Shown: piece after piece, positions 1 through 64,000 of the stretch
How positions within the stretch are numbered: position 1 is the stretch's first letter
Layout of the letters: each line of letters opens with the position of its first letter
Program-made: the position numbers and the translations under genes
Origin: Octopus vulgaris
Taxonomy: Eukaryota
NCBI GenBank assembly: GCA_951406725.2
Contig: OX597823.1
Coordinates: forward strand, 4,712,001-4,776,000
Length of the DNA: 64,000 bases
Direction of reading: 5' to 3'
The notes under the pieces: model-generated
What the model was told of the DNA's origin: nothing
What the model saw: the letters and a program-made list of their open reading frames with translations, nothing else
The model's database searches: none

Positions 1-425
1 CGTGAGGTTGTAACAGCCGTTCCGACATTCCGCCGATCTCTCTACGTTAGTCTCCTCATTAGATGAGTGTAATTATAAGAAACAGTTACCAACTTTTCCA
101 ATACACAAATGTAAGGCAAACAATTTTATATTAATACGAGTTAAAGACAAACAACGGGAAACTAATTCAACGAGAGAATCGTTGGTTGTGAGGCGAGCCA
201 CGTGGTCGTGGAAGCATGTGCGTAATTAAGGGCGAGAAGAATTTACGGAAGAGAAGGGCAAAAAAATAAGGAATTCAGTTGTTTAACACCATGTTATAAG
301 AATCGGATACCGTAATAAATAGTTAAAATAAGATCAAGAGGAATATCAAAGGGAAAATGCTTGTATTCGGTCTTCAGTATTAAAAGGCAGAAGATGGCGA
401 TGGAGCGAGTTAAGAGGAAACTTAC

Positions 426-446
426 GGATTTCTTTGGAGGGACCAT
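426..446 (-). CDS. Probable first coding exon (MVPPKKS) of an unidentified gene divergent from WDR35; exon spans 471..426
   Basis: The - strand reads: pyrimidine tract, CAG acceptor (474..472), gccATGG start context, 7 codons, GTAAGT donor (425..420). An upstream GTGAGT donor at 591..586 defines a 120-nt 5'UTR intron. Confidence 0.6.
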
Positions 447-599
447 GGCTATGGTTTCACTTCTACTCGATCTGATGGTGGATAAAAGAAATGAAAGATC
501 AATTATCTATTTAATTAATTACAAAAACTGATAGGAAATCGAGGTTAATTAGTGGAAATTAAGGAGAAACAAACGAGAGAGAATGACTCACACGACTTG

Positions 600-720
600 G
601 GTAATGGACGTCAGTGCAGAGAAAGGACGAGGCGACGGAGTCTCGCGAGATTTACGCCTGACAAAGTCTCGCGCTAATCTCGCGTTAAAGTTTGGATTAC
701 GAAAACGACGAGAGACAGAG
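600..720. promoter_or_regulatory. CpG-rich putative bidirectional promoter with a TCTCGCGAGA palindrome and two degenerate copies
   Basis: TCTCGCGAGA 641..650, TCTCGCGCTA 667..676, TCTCGCGTTA 678..687, CRE-like GACGTCA 607..613; lies between the two ATGs. Confidence 0.6.
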
Positions 721-785
721 ACACAAATAATAATAACTATTTTTTTATTTGTTTACTTTAGGTGTTTACTAATTCCACATTTAAG

Positions 786-63939
<63,154 letters not shown>

Positions 63940-64000
63940 GTAAGTTTTTGCTCTGAAAACTAGCAATTCTAAAACAACGGACATGCAAATGCACACACAT

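Overview
Eukaryotic, AT-rich genomic DNA dense in microsatellites and retroposons. The repeat families resemble those I recall from coleoid cephalopods (Octopus-like); this is an inference, not a database match. The window holds the first 24 coding exons of the ciliary IFT-A gene WDR35/IFT121 on the + strand (786..63939). All introns are GT-AG and phases are consistent, giving 2523 nt or 841 aa; the gene runs off the right edge. A second gene appears to start head-to-head on the - strand (first coding exon MVPPKKS, 446..426). The two share a short CpG-rich promoter with TCTCGCGAGA motifs, and an RFX X-box-like site lies in WDR35 intron 1. The introns contain tRNA-derived SINEs, RTE and CR1 LINE fragments, a Penelope-like GIY-YIG fragment, Helitrons and a HINE, piggyBac-type MITEs, and a modular minisatellite. 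The most unusual signal is a set of hammerhead-ribozyme-like motifs from three unrelated repeat families, including a probable U3-A8 compensatory core variant. Most ORFs in the supplied track are microsatellite or repeat artefacts.
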